Of a stretch of 32,000 nt of DNA, positions 14,690-24,738 are shown piece by piece. Under the pieces are notes generated by a model. That model saw nothing but the letters and a program-made list of their open reading frames with translations. It ran no database searches and was not told the DNA's origin. Both the position numbers and the translations under genes were made by a program. Numbering within the stretch: position 1 is the stretch's first letter; each line of letters starts with the position of its first letter. This DNA is from an uncultured archaeon (GTDB taxonomy: Archaea > Iainarchaeota > Iainarchaeia > Iainarchaeales > CSSED10-239), in contig CAZQEL010000002.1 of assembly GCA_964591795.1 (NCBI GenBank), forward strand, positions 6,312 to 38,311, written 5' to 3'.

Positions 14690-15499
14690 ATGCGTAAGTT
14701 TAGTGATTTGTTTCATCTTAGAAAAAAGAAGCCTCGTAAGTCAACTAAATGGAGTTTAACTTCAGATAAACCTTTAGGTATTAAAGATAAGTTAAAGCAA
14801 GTTATTGGTAAAAGACGACAATTAATTTATTCTGCTGAAGCTAAAAAGAATATTTCAGAAAACAAACATTTAATTAAAATTTTTCTAGAATTATTTAAAT
14901 CCAATTCAATTGAAGCTAAAACTATTACTTTAAAGTCTGGAAAAAAAGTTTTAATTTCTTTAAAAGAAATAAAGGATTCCATATCTAATTCTTATCATAC
15001 TAATAACTTTTATTTATTTAGTATAAAATCTAAATCTGAAACTAAAAAGTATTTTGTTAAATTTGTAAAGGATTCTTTAGATATTAAGAAAGGGTTTAAT
15101 GGTATTAATGAGATTACTGCACTTGATATAATTAAAAAGATTGGTTTTAATGTTGTTCCTGCTCATTTTTCATATGTGGATTATAATGCAAATAAATCTT
15201 TTATTTTTTATGAGTTTCAAGATAAATTAATTGATGCTGAAAAAGCCTATAAGAAAAAAATCATTGATGGTGATGATGTTTTAAAAATAAAACAAAAATT
15301 AAAAAGAGCAGAATTAAAAATTAATAAAGAATTAAGTACTTATCAAGGTTTAAAAGTACATCCTAAAAATAAAATATATAATGTTTATCCAAATAAATTT
15401 AAAGATTTTTCTGCACTCCCTGTTTTTATTGATCCTAAAACTAAAAAACTATATATTTATGATCCTTTATTGTCAAGTTATAAAATGTCTGGTTTTTAA
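14690..15499 (+). CDS. hypothetical Lys-rich protein, possible distant paralog of 592-1380
   Basis: This is a 269-aa ORF starting 11 nt after RPA. KYFVKFVKD, FIFYEFQD and VHPKNKIYNV...PVFIDP fall in the same order as kinase-like elements. The call is weak. Confidence 0.45.
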   Translation: MRKFSDLFHLRKKKPRKSTKWSLTSDKPLGIKDKLKQVIGKRRQLIYSAEAKKNISENKHLIKIFLELFKSNSIEAKTITLKSGKKVLISLKEIKDSISNSYHTNNFYLFSIKSKSETKKYFVKFVKDSLDIKKGFNGINEITALDIIKKIGFNVVPAHFSYVDYNANKSFIFYEFQDKLIDAEKAYKKKIIDGDDVLKIKQKLKRAELKINKELSTYQGLKVHPKNKIYNVYPNKFKDFSALPVFIDPKTKKLYIYDPLLSSYKMSGF

Positions 15500-15619
15500 G
15501 ATTTATTTAAAAAGTATTTGTATCTTAGATATATATTGTTTAGCTTTTTTTTATATTAAAAAATTAATTTTTTTATAAATATCAAGAGCTTATTATTTTA
15601 AAGAAAACTGTGATATTTT

Positions 15620-16564
15620 ATGATTGAATTTTTAAAACCAACTTCTACTGATTTATTAGAATTAAAACAACCAGAAAAGAACATATGGATAAACCTAGTT
15701 CATCCTGATGAAAAAGAGGTTGTTGAACTTTCAAAAATACTTGATCTTAAGGTTCAAGATTTTGAAGATTTAAAACTAGATATTGAATCTATTTCTGATG
15801 ATGATGAAATTCCTATTTATGAAAAAAAGGATAATGGTTTTATCTTTATGATTATTAAAACTCCTCAAGATTCAACAGGGTCTTTAAATCAAGACTATGT
15901 AACTGTTCCTTTAGGTATTATTATTACAAAAGACTATGTTGTTACTATTGTTTCTAAGAAAAACACAGTTATTAATAGAATGAAACAAAAAACATTTGCT
16001 TTTGATAGAATTTATTTTACATTAAGACTTCTTTTAGTAACTTCAAGATCCTATCTTTATTTCTTAAAAGAAGTTAATAGACGTTTAAAGAAAATAGAAC
16101 ATTCATTAGAACTTGATCAAAACAATAAAGAAATTGCTGATCTTTTAGATATTCAAAAATCCTTAGTTTATTTTAATACTTCAATTATTAACAATCAAAT
16201 TCTTTTTGAAAAGATCTTTAGAACACCTATGTTTATAAAAAGTAAGAAAAATAAAGAAATTATTGATGATTTGTTAGATGAAAATAGACAAGCTATGCAA
16301 ACAACTCAAATTTATTCTGATAATATTACACACACATTAACTGTGGTGTCATCAATCATTTCAAACAACTTGAACCGGATTGTTAAATTTTTAACCTCAG
16401 TATCAATTGTTATTGCAATACCGACTTTAGTTGCAAGTCTTTATGGTATGAACGTGCCTCTTCCTTTACAAACTAACCCCCAAGCATTTATTTTAGTACT
16501 TACAATCTCTGTGATTGTGTCTGTATTGATTGGTGTGTTCTTATGGAAAAGAAAGTTATTTTAA
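15620..16564 (+). CDS. corA: CorA-family magnesium/cobalt transporter
   Basis: The C-terminus has two TM helices flanking the signature YGMNVPLP (GMN motif). Size is about 314 aa with an acidic N-terminal cytoplasmic domain. Confidence 0.9.
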   Translation: MIEFLKPTSTDLLELKQPEKNIWINLVHPDEKEVVELSKILDLKVQDFEDLKLDIESISDDDEIPIYEKKDNGFIFMIIKTPQDSTGSLNQDYVTVPLGIIITKDYVVTIVSKKNTVINRMKQKTFAFDRIYFTLRLLLVTSRSYLYFLKEVNRRLKKIEHSLELDQNNKEIADLLDIQKSLVYFNTSIINNQILFEKIFRTPMFIKSKKNKEIIDDLLDENRQAMQTTQIYSDNITHTLTVVSSIISNNLNRIVKFLTSVSIVIAIPTLVASLYGMNVPLPLQTNPQAFILVLTISVIVSVLIGVFLWKRKLF

Positions 16565-16573
16565 AATAAAAAG

Positions 16574-16597
16574 GAATAAACTAATTTTAGTTTATTC
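16574..16597. terminator. 10-bp perfect hairpin between convergent corA and fcl (GAATAAACTA / TAGTTTATTC, 4-nt loop)
   Basis: The arms are 16574-16583 and 16588-16597. The right arm overlaps the fcl stop codon. It could act for both convergent transcripts. Confidence 0.4.
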
Positions 16598-17533
16598 TAA
16601 TATTCTTTCAACTTGTTCTTTATTATTTATTATTTCTAGTACCCCTTTACTTAAACTTCTTGGACTAAAGTTAGGGTATACTGATTTTAATCTTTGAATG
16701 TCTGTTCTTTTCTCAAAAGTACCATCTGGTTTAGATGCATCCCATTTAATTTCTCCAGACCAACCAATTTCTTTTCTAATTATTTCTGCAATTTCTTTTA
16801 TTGAATAATCAAAACCTGTGCCTATGTTTATTATTTGTTCTGAAGAATAATTATTCATTAAATACACTAATGCATCTGCACAATCATCACTGTATAATGC
16901 TTCACGTCTAGGTGTACCTGTTCCCCATAGCATTACTTCGTTACCTTTTTCTTTTGCAAGTAATATTTTTTTAATTAATCCTGGAATCATATGCCCATTT
17001 TCAAGATCATATGTGTCATTAAATCCATAAAGGTTAGTTGGCATAGCACAAATTGTATCAATATTATATTGTTTTCTATATAATTGGCATGCAACTATTC
17101 CAGTTCCTTTAGCAACTGCATATCCTTTGTTTGTTTCTTCAAGTTTACCTGCCATGAATCTATCTTCGTTTATTGGTTGAGGATTTTCTCTAGGGTATAT
17201 ACATGTAGACCCAGTGAATAATACTTTTGCTTTAGGGCAATTATTTTTAGTCGCTTCTAATAAATTTAAAATCATTGTTGTATTTTGATATAAAAAATCA
17301 GCTGGTCTTTGACTATTTCCTTGTATTCCTCCAACAAGACCTGCAACCATGAAAATATACTCTGGGGTTTCTTTTTTTAAATATTCTTCAATTTCTGATT
17401 TTTCTAATAAATTAAGTTCCTTACTTCTTGGTTTTAGAATATTATTGTGTCCTTGTTTTGTTAATGTTCTATATACTGCACTTCCAAGTAATCCATTCCC
17501 ACCTAAAAGTAATATTTTTGATTCTGTTTTCAT
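16592..17533 (-). CDS. fcl: GDP-L-fucose synthase (GDP-4-keto-6-deoxy-D-mannose 3,5-epimerase/4-reductase)
   Basis: It has the Rossmann motif LLLGGNGLLGSAV and the catalytic YAVAK (YxxxK). It also has PTNLYG and a PRREALYSDD-type block typical of Fcl/WcaG. It lies directly downstream of gmd. Confidence 0.9.
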   Translation of the reverse strand: MKTESKILLLGGNGLLGSAVYRTLTKQGHNNILKPRSKELNLLEKSEIEEYLKKETPEYIFMVAGLVGGIQGNSQRPADFLYQNTTMILNLLEATKNNCPKAKVLFTGSTCIYPRENPQPINEDRFMAGKLEETNKGYAVAKGTGIVACQLYRKQYNIDTICAMPTNLYGFNDTYDLENGHMIPGLIKKILLAKEKGNEVMLWGTGTPRREALYSDDCADALVYLMNNYSSEQIINIGTGFDYSIKEIAEIIRKEIGWSGEIKWDASKPDGTFEKRTDIQRLKSVYPNFSPRSLSKGVLEIINNKEQVERILE

Positions 17534-17543
17534 TATTTATCAC

Positions 17544-18599
17544 CTAGTATAATATTTTGTCATTATTTTTAATTAAATCATAATCAGATTTAACCATTAG
17601 CTTTACTAACTCTTCAAATTTAGTTTTTGCACTCCAACCTAATTTTTCTTTAGCTTTAGATGCATCTCCTAAAAGTATTTCAACTTCAGTTGGTCTGAAG
17701 AATCTTTCATTTATTTTAATTATTGTTTTTCCTGTGTTTGAATCAATTCCTATTTCATTAACTCCAGTTCCTTTCCAGGTAATTTCAATATCTAATTCTT
17801 TACAAGAAAGTTCAATAAATTCTCTAATAGAGTGGGTTTCTCCAGTTGCAATTACAAAGTCATCTGGTTTTTCTTGTTGGAGCATAAGATGCATTGCTTC
17901 AACATATTCTTTTGCATATCCCCAATCTCTTTTTGCATCTAAATTTCCTAATTCTAGGTTTTCTTGTAATCCTAATTTTATTTTAACAAGCCCTATTGTT
18001 ATTTTTCTAGTTACAAAATTAAATCCTCTTCTTTCTCCTTCGTGATTGAATAGAATTCCATTACAAGCATACATGTCATATGCTTCTCTATAGTTTTTAA
18101 CCATCCAAAAACTATATAATTTAGCAACACCATATGGACTTCTAGGGTAGAAGGGTGTGTTTTCAGTTTGAGGTGTTTCTAAAACTTTTCCAAATAATTC
18201 TGAGGTTGATGCTTGATAAAATTTAGTTTGTTTTTCAAGACCTAATACTCTTATTCCTTCAAGTAACCTTAAGGTTCCAATTGCATCTATTTGTGCTGTA
18301 ATTTCTGGAATTTCAAAAGAAACTCTTACATGGCTTTGTGCTGCAAGATTATAAACTTCGTCTGGTTGTATTAGTTTTAAAAGATTTAGGATAGATGTAG
18401 TATCTGTTAAATCTCCATAGTGTAAAAATAGTTTTTTATCTAATATTTCTTTATTATTATACAGATGATCAAGTCTCCATGTGTTAATTACACTTGCTCT
18501 TCTAATTAGTCCGTGGACAATATATCCTTTTTCTAAAAGCAATTCAGTTAAATGAGATCCATCTTGTCCTGTTATTCCAGTTATCAATGCTGTTTTCAT
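17544..18599 (-). CDS. gmd: GDP-mannose 4,6-dehydratase
   Basis: [40 protein letters not shown] is the canonical Gmd N-terminus. STSELFG and YGVAKLY are also present. Confidence 0.95.
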   Translation of the reverse strand: MKTALITGITGQDGSHLTELLLEKGYIVHGLIRRASVINTWRLDHLYNNKEILDKKLFLHYGDLTDTTSILNLLKLIQPDEVYNLAAQSHVRVSFEIPEITAQIDAIGTLRLLEGIRVLGLEKQTKFYQASTSELFGKVLETPQTENTPFYPRSPYGVAKLYSFWMVKNYREAYDMYACNGILFNHEGERRGFNFVTRKITIGLVKIKLGLQENLELGNLDAKRDWGYAKEYVEAMHLMLQQEKPDDFVIATGETHSIREFIELSCKELDIEITWKGTGVNEIGIDSNTGKTIIKINERFFRPTEVEILLGDASKAKEKLGWSAKTKFEELVKLMVKSDYDLIKNNDKILY

Positions 18600-18694
18600 A
18601 TATTATATGTTAATTAGATATTTTTTTATAACTATTTATTTTCATTTAATTTTATTTAGATATGTTTTTATATATTTTAATATATATATATAAT

Positions 18695-19372
18695 ATGCAA
18701 AAGTTACTTTTTTCAAAAGAAAATCCTTTAAAATTAATTAATACTAATAAGAAAGTTATTTTTAATTTTTTAAACGTTGAAAGTCTTTGGCATTTTAAAA
18801 ACACTAAATATTATAACTCTCTTATTTTAAACAAAAATAATATTAATTTTCCTGATGGTAAGTTTGTTTCTAATAAATTAAAAGTACCTCAGCAAAGAGG
18901 CCCTTCATTTACTAAAAATTATTTAAAATCTCTTGAAGCTAAATCTAAAAAGCATTTTGTAATTGGAAATTGTACTGGTAAAGAATTATCTGTTGTTACA
19001 AATATACCCTTAAAGAATATTAAAGTATATTCTCCTTCCTTTATTAATAAAATTATTTTTTCAGACGTAGAAAAAAATAAAATTGCATCTTTATTGGCTT
19101 TATTTAAACCTGATTTTGTGTGGGTTGCTATTGGTGCACCTAAGCAAGAAATTTTATCTAATCAATTATATTTAAAATATGCATGTAATTATATAAATAT
19201 AGGCGCTGCAATTGATTTTTTAACTAATAAAAAATTAGAGGCTCCTAAGTTTTTTAGAATTTTATATTTAGAATGGTTTTATAGGTTAATTACAGATTTT
19301 AAAAGATCTAGAAAAAAAGTTTTTAGAAGTATAGTTGGTTTGAGATATTTAAAATATATTTCAGTTAAATAA
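18695..19372 (+). CDS. WecB/TagA/CpsF-family glycosyltransferase (GT26)
   Basis: It carries FPDGK..., PDFVWVAIGAPKQE and GAAIDFL...EAP...LEWFYRL, the conserved blocks of GT26. The start is taken at ATG 18695. Confidence 0.75.
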   Translation: MQKLLFSKENPLKLINTNKKVIFNFLNVESLWHFKNTKYYNSLILNKNNINFPDGKFVSNKLKVPQQRGPSFTKNYLKSLEAKSKKHFVIGNCTGKELSVVTNIPLKNIKVYSPSFINKIIFSDVEKNKIASLLALFKPDFVWVAIGAPKQEILSNQLYLKYACNYINIGAAIDFLTNKKLEAPKFFRILYLEWFYRLITDFKRSRKKVFRSIVGLRYLKYISVK

Positions 19373-19389
19373 ATAATAAATTGAATGTT

Positions 19390-20502
19390 ATGATTATAAA
19401 AAAAAGAGTATTATTTTTAGTTAGATTACCTCCTCCTATGCATGGGGCTGCAAAAATGAATTCTTTGTATTTAAATAGTAAAATTTTAAAAAATGAATTT
19501 AATATTCATCATATTAAATTAAACTCTTATTCTTCATTAGTGAATAATATTTTTAAATATTTTTTAGTATTATTTGGTTTTTTCAAAGTTTTGTTATTAT
19601 TATTATTTAAACTAATTTTTTTTAAACCTAAATTAGTTTATTTTGAAATTGCACCTAAAGGAGGTGCATTTTATAGAGATAGTATTTATTTATGGATTTG
19701 TAAATTATTTTTTAAGAAAGTTGTTTGTCAATTTCATGCAAAAGGGGTTTATTCAGAATTAAGTTTAAAATTTAAAATTAAATATTATAAATCAGTTTTT
19801 AAAAATGTTAAAGTTATATTGTTATCTGAAAGTTTATACTCTGATGTTTCTTTAGTTATACCTAAATCAAATATTTTTTATTTGCCAAATGGTATTAAAG
19901 ATGAGCTTACAGATATTGGTTTTAAGAAGTTATGTTCTATTAAAAAAGATTCAAAAATATTAAATTTATTATACTTATCAAATATGATCGAAACAAAAGG
20001 GTCTTTAGATGTATTAAAAATATGTGATTTATTAAAAAATAAGGGTATTAAATTTAAATGTAATTTTGTAGGTAATTGGGATTCAGATGTTTTTAAAGAA
20101 AAATGGTTTTTAACACTTAAAAAATATAATTTAACTGAAAATTGTTTTTATTTAGGTCCTAAGTATGGTTCTGAAAAAAATCAATTATTAAGTAATGTTG
20201 ATTATTTGGTTTTCCCTACTAAATATCCAATGGAATGTTATCCACTTGTAATTTTAGAGGCTTTTATGTTTGGGGTGCCTGTCTTGTCTTATAATAATGG
20301 TGCAATTAAAGATATAATTAACCAAAACTATTTAGGCTTTGCGTCTTTAAATAATAATTATATTGATTTATATAAATATATAATAAATAATAAATTTACT
20401 TTGTCTCAAAAGATAAAAATTAGAAATATATTTATACAGAATCATTTATTAATTAAATATGAAATAACTTTAAAAAATATATTTTTAAGTGTGATTAAAT
20501 GA
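19390..20502 (+). CDS. group 1 glycosyltransferase (GT4-like)
   Basis: The C-terminal block is GSEKNQLLSNVDYLVFPTKYPMECYPLVILEAFMFGVPVLSYNNGAIKDII (E-x7-E region). The stop TGA overlaps the next gene's start (ATGA). Confidence 0.75.
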   Translation: MIIKKRVLFLVRLPPPMHGAAKMNSLYLNSKILKNEFNIHHIKLNSYSSLVNNIFKYFLVLFGFFKVLLLLLFKLIFFKPKLVYFEIAPKGGAFYRDSIYLWICKLFFKKVVCQFHAKGVYSELSLKFKIKYYKSVFKNVKVILLSESLYSDVSLVIPKSNIFYLPNGIKDELTDIGFKKLCSIKKDSKILNLLYLSNMIETKGSLDVLKICDLLKNKGIKFKCNFVGNWDSDVFKEKWFLTLKKYNLTENCFYLGPKYGSEKNQLLSNVDYLVFPTKYPMECYPLVILEAFMFGVPVLSYNNGAIKDIINQNYLGFASLNNNYIDLYKYIINNKFTLSQKIKIRNIFIQNHLLIKYEITLKNIFLSVIK

Positions 20503-21335
20503 GTTTTAAAAAAATTATAACTTCAATTAAAATTTTAAGAGATATTGTTGTATTCTGTTATAGATTAAAAATAGTTTTTAACAATATTATTAATAATCTA
20601 TATTTATCTTTTAAATGGTTATTTATATCTCGAGAAACAACTAATTTTACTTATGATTTAACTAAGCTTAACAAAATTTATTTAGCTCAAACAATTTCTC
20701 ATATAGTTGACAAATCTTTTGATGAAATTTATAATTACATTTTAGAGGTTGAAAATGATAATTCTTTAAAAAAACATATTATAACTGAAACTAAAAAAAG
20801 TGATCAAAGATTTAAATCTAATAAAACCGTCTATTTTGGAAGAAGAATAGGTTGGTATGCTATAGTACGGGCTATTAAACCAAAGGTTATTGTAGAAACT
20901 GGTGTTGATAAAGGTCTAGGTGCTTGTATATTAACTGCTGCATTAATAAAAAATAATTCTGAAGGTTATAAAGGTTATTATTACGGAACGGATATTAATC
21001 CAAAAGCAGGTTTTTTACTTAAAAATAAGTATAAAAATTTTGGAGAAATTTTATATGGTGATTCTATTAAGTCTTTAAAACATTTGTCTAAAAAAATTGA
21101 TTTATTTATTAATGATAGTAATCATTCTGCAGATTACGAATATAATGAATATAAAGTCATTTTAAATAAACTTTCTAAAAATTCGATTATATTAGGTGAT
21201 AATGCTCATTATAATTCTAAATTATTTTCTTTTTCAAAAAAATATAATAGATCTTTTTTATTTTTTTCTGAAGATCCTAAAAATCATTTTAAAAATGGAG
21301 CAGGAATTGGTTTTTCATATATTATAAATAAATAG
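20499..21335 (+). CDS. class I SAM-dependent methyltransferase (Methyltransf_24-like)
   Basis: It carries VIVETGVDKGLGACIL (motif I-like), YGTDINP and LFINDSNHS. Confidence 0.6.
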   Translation: MSFKKIITSIKILRDIVVFCYRLKIVFNNIINNLYLSFKWLFISRETTNFTYDLTKLNKIYLAQTISHIVDKSFDEIYNYILEVENDNSLKKHIITETKKSDQRFKSNKTVYFGRRIGWYAIVRAIKPKVIVETGVDKGLGACILTAALIKNNSEGYKGYYYGTDINPKAGFLLKNKYKNFGEILYGDSIKSLKHLSKKIDLFINDSNHSADYEYNEYKVILNKLSKNSIILGDNAHYNSKLFSFSKKYNRSFLFFSEDPKNHFKNGAGIGFSYIINK

Positions 21336-21343
21336 TGATGTAA

Positions 21344-22033
21344 ATGGATGTAAAAAAGTTATATAATAATATTGTAATTAAAAAGGATAGTTCTTTTTTA
21401 AAGTTTAATTTAAATAGTTGGCCTAAAACTAGATATGAAGCAGCAGTTAAATTTATAAATATTAAACCTACTTCAAAGGTATTAGATGTTGGTTTTGGGA
21501 ATGGAGATTTACTTAATTTTATTTTTCAAAAAACAAAATATACTTATGGTGTAGAAGTTTCTAAAAAAAAATTAATGTATGTGAATAATTTATTACCATT
21601 AAAAGCTAATTTATCTTTACAAGATATTAGTAATAAAACAAATTTTAAAAATGATTTTTTTAATATTATTTTTTTAACTGATGTTTTTGAACATATTATA
21701 GATAGATATTCTGTAATGAATGAATTAAAAAGAATATTAAAAAAAGATGGAATTATAGTTATTATTACACCTAATATCGCTAAATTAAAATCCAGAATAA
21801 GATTATTATTTGGAATTTATCCTTTTACCTCAGAAGATAGAGTTTCAGAGAAAAAAAAGTTCATTTATGATGGTGGACATATTCAATGGTATACTTTTAA
21901 AACCATCTCTAGTTTAGCAAAACAATTTGATTTAAATATTGAAAAAAGATTTGGATATGGGTTATTTGGACAGCTACATAACATTTATCCTTCTTTATTG
22001 TCAGGTTCTATAGCTATTATTTTAAAAAAATAA
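21344..22033 (+). CDS. class I SAM-dependent methyltransferase
   Basis: Motif I is VLDVGFGNGDL. It also carries FLTDVFEHI and LKKDGIIVIITPN. Confidence 0.75.
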   Translation: MDVKKLYNNIVIKKDSSFLKFNLNSWPKTRYEAAVKFINIKPTSKVLDVGFGNGDLLNFIFQKTKYTYGVEVSKKKLMYVNNLLPLKANLSLQDISNKTNFKNDFFNIIFLTDVFEHIIDRYSVMNELKRILKKDGIIVIITPNIAKLKSRIRLLFGIYPFTSEDRVSEKKKFIYDGGHIQWYTFKTISSLAKQFDLNIEKRFGYGLFGQLHNIYPSLLSGSIAIILKK

Positions 22034-22045
22034 ATTTTGATATAT

Positions 22046-22966
22046 ATGACTTATAATATACCTATTTTGTTTTTAGTTTTTAATAGACCAAAAGAAACTA
22101 AAAAATCTTTGCAAGAAATAAAAAAAATAAAGCCTACTAAATTATATGTTGTTGCAGACGGGCCAAGAAAAAATAATTTAAATGACGATTTAAATTGTAA
22201 ATTAGTGAGACAAATTATAAATGATGGTGTTGATTGGGATTGTGAAGTTAAAACTATTTTTAGAAATAAAAATTTAGGTTGTAGAAATTCAATTTCTTTA
22301 GGAATTACTTGGTTTTTTAAAAAAGAAGAGATGGGAGTCATTTTAGAAGATGACTGTATACCTAATAACACTTTTTTTACATTCTGTGAAATGATGTTAT
22401 TAAAATATAGACTCAATAGTCCAGTTATGCATGTTTCTGGCAATTCATTTATAGATGATAGTATTAGAAATAATTATTTAGATGGAGATTATTTTTTTTC
22501 TAAATTTCCACATATTACTGGATGGGCTACTTGGAGAAGAGCTTGGGATTTATATGATGCGGATTTAATTGATTATAATAAAAAAAGTGCTAATGTAATA
22601 TCAAAAAACAACACTCAAATTTTAGAAAAATTTTATTGGAAATTTATTTTTAATTCAGTTTATTCTAAAAAAATTAATTCTTGGGGTTATATTTGGTTAT
22701 ATAGTATTTGGCAAAATAATGGGTTGTCTATCCAGCCAAAATATAATCTAGTGAAAAATATAGGTTTCGGTGAAAATGCACTTCATACTAAAAATAGTAT
22801 TAATGGTTTGTTAAAAAATTATGATTATCGTTTAAAAAAACATCCTAAATTAATTAAATCTAATAAATTAATAGATGATTTTATTTCTAAAACTTATTAT
22901 AACATATCTATAAAAGGTTTATTTTTAAAAGTTATAACTAATTTTAAATTTTTATTTAAAAAATAA
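22046..22966 (+). CDS. nucleotide-diphospho-sugar transferase (GNT-I-like family)
   Basis: IPILFLVFNRPKETKKSLQEIKKIKPTKLYVVADGPR and ILEDDCIPNNTFFTFC match the pattern of GNT-I/HlpA-like glycosyltransferases. Confidence 0.55.
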   Translation: MTYNIPILFLVFNRPKETKKSLQEIKKIKPTKLYVVADGPRKNNLNDDLNCKLVRQIINDGVDWDCEVKTIFRNKNLGCRNSISLGITWFFKKEEMGVILEDDCIPNNTFFTFCEMMLLKYRLNSPVMHVSGNSFIDDSIRNNYLDGDYFFSKFPHITGWATWRRAWDLYDADLIDYNKKSANVISKNNTQILEKFYWKFIFNSVYSKKINSWGYIWLYSIWQNNGLSIQPKYNLVKNIGFGENALHTKNSINGLLKNYDYRLKKHPKLIKSNKLIDDFISKTYYNISIKGLFLKVITNFKFLFKK

Positions 22967-22975
22967 TCTTTTTAA

Positions 22976-23827
22976 TTATTCTTTTTTAAAAATATAGTAT
23001 TTTAATTGAACTTCAATTTCTTGAAGTATATCTTTAATGAGTATAATTGGTTTTAAATATATTTCATTAGTAAATCTTTTTGATTCTATTAAATCATATA
23101 ATTTATTTTTTATAAAATTTATTTTTTTAAATATGTTATTAGTTTTGGGTGGCGAGATGATATTTGTTGAAGTATAATACCCATATATACTTCCTTGATG
23201 CACTAGTGGTTTATTAATCCAATATATTTTTAATTTATTTTTTTTGCAAACGTATTTAAATTCCTCATCCATAGGGATAGTAAACTGATATGTTTGTTTT
23301 AAAATTGTATTCAAACATTTTTTATTTATTAAATATGCTCCTGTTCCCCAAGATCCTCTTTTATTTTTAAATAACCCTTTTTTTTTAAAGGTTCTATATT
23401 TATTGTCATTTAGTAAATCTAGAAAACAAACATCTCAATCCAATCTGTTTAATTTTAAAATACATTCTTTTATTTTTTTTAAAAAGTTTGGTTCTATTAT
23501 TACATCATCTTCCAAAATTAATGCATAGTTATAATTTGATTGGTATATTTTCATCCATATTTTGTAATGATTTAAATTTAGATTTATACTTGCTTTTGAT
23601 AAATTATAAAATGGGGTATTCTTTTTGTTTAAGTATTTAAATTTATTTAACCATATTTGTTTATTTGGTATGTATCTTTTTTTAATTGTGTCTTGAGTAT
23701 GTTCATTTTTGTTTTGAATAATAAAATTAACCTTTTGTTTAATTGATTTAAATGTTTTGTTTAAATAATTGTATCTTTCAACTAAGGGTTTGTAATTAAT
23801 AATATATATTTCAACCATATTTTTCAA
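22976..23827 (-). pseudogene. GT25-family glycosyltransferase interrupted by one in-frame TGA (23435-23437)
   Basis: ORFs 23435-23827 and 22976-23314 are in the same frame. The read-through gives ...KIKECILKLNRLD*DVCFLDLLNDNKYRTFKKKGLFKNKRGSWGTGAYLINKKCLNTIL... GT25 blocks are present: IYIINYKPLVERY, NHYKIWMKI...YALILEDDVII and WGTGAYLI. Confidence 0.7.
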
Positions 23828-23904
23828 AATTATTTTTATTTTTTTAATTGTTATTTAAAGTATAATCCTAATAGTTTTTATATTTATTGGAGTTATATTA
23901 TTTC

Positions 23905-24738
23905 ATGAGGATTGTTAAAATTACAAGTGGGTTAGGAAATCAGTTGTTTCAATATGCATTTGCAAGAGTTGTGTCTATAGAAACTAATGAAAAAGTAATG
24001 TTAGATATTAGTAATTATAAATTTTATAGTGATAGATTATTTTCATTAAATTTATTTAATTTATTTGAATTTAAATATATAAATTCGTATTTTTATTTTA
24101 TTTTATTCATTTTTATTTATAAGCTTAATAAATTTTGGCCTTATTTATTTAAAAATATTTATTTTGAAAAATATCCTTGTAATTATAATTCAAAATTGCC
24201 TTCTAATAAGTTTTATTTTCAAGGTTATTTTCAATCAGAAAAATATTTTAATAAATATAGACCTTTACTTTTAAATGAAATTACTTTAAAAAAACCATTA
24301 AATTCAAAATATATTTCAATATTAAATAATAATAATAACACAGTTTCTATTCATGTTAGAAGAGGTGATTATTTAAATGAATTAAATAAATCTATCTTTA
24401 TTACTTTTTCTTCTGATTATTATTTTGATGCAATTAAATTAATAGTTAAAAAAGTTAAAAATCCATTCTTTTTAATTTTTTCTGATGATATTGTGTGGTG
24501 TAAAAAAAATTTAAATATTGATTATCCTCATCTTTTTATAAATTCTTCTTCGCCAGAACAAGACTTAATTTTAATGAGTAAATGCAAACACAATATTATT
24601 TCTAATAGTTCATTTAGTTGGTGGGGTGCTTGGTTAAATAAAAGTAGAAATAAAATTGTAATTGCTCCTAAAAAATGGATGAATAAAAATTTAATTTATT
24701 ATAAAGATATTTGTCCAAATTATTGGGTTAGAATTTAA
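23905..24738 (+). CDS. alpha-1,2-fucosyltransferase (GT11)
   Basis: The GT11 signature blocks are present: SGLGNQLFQYAFAR, HVRRGDY and ISNSSFSWWGAWL. The start is taken at ATG 23905. Confidence 0.9.
   Translation: MRIVKITSGLGNQLFQYAFARVVSIETNEKVMLDISNYKFYSDRLFSLNLFNLFEFKYINSYFYFILFIFIYKLNKFWPYLFKNIYFEKYPCNYNSKLPSNKFYFQGYFQSEKYFNKYRPLLLNEITLKKPLNSKYISILNNNNNTVSIHVRRGDYLNELNKSIFITFSSDYYFDAIKLIVKKVKNPFFLIFSDDIVWCKKNLNIDYPHLFINSSSPEQDLILMSKCKHNIISNSSFSWWGAWLNKSRNKIVIAPKKWMNKNLIYYKDICPNYWVRI

Noticed and set aside
23435-23437. Alternative genetic code (UGA as Trp or Gly) as the explanation for the in-frame TGA in the GT25 gene
   Set aside because: All long genes (MCM, S-layer, ATPase and others) have no internal TGA and encode Trp with TGG. 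TGA also terminates the DUF4143 and GT4 genes, the latter in an ATGA stop/start overlap. The standard code fits.
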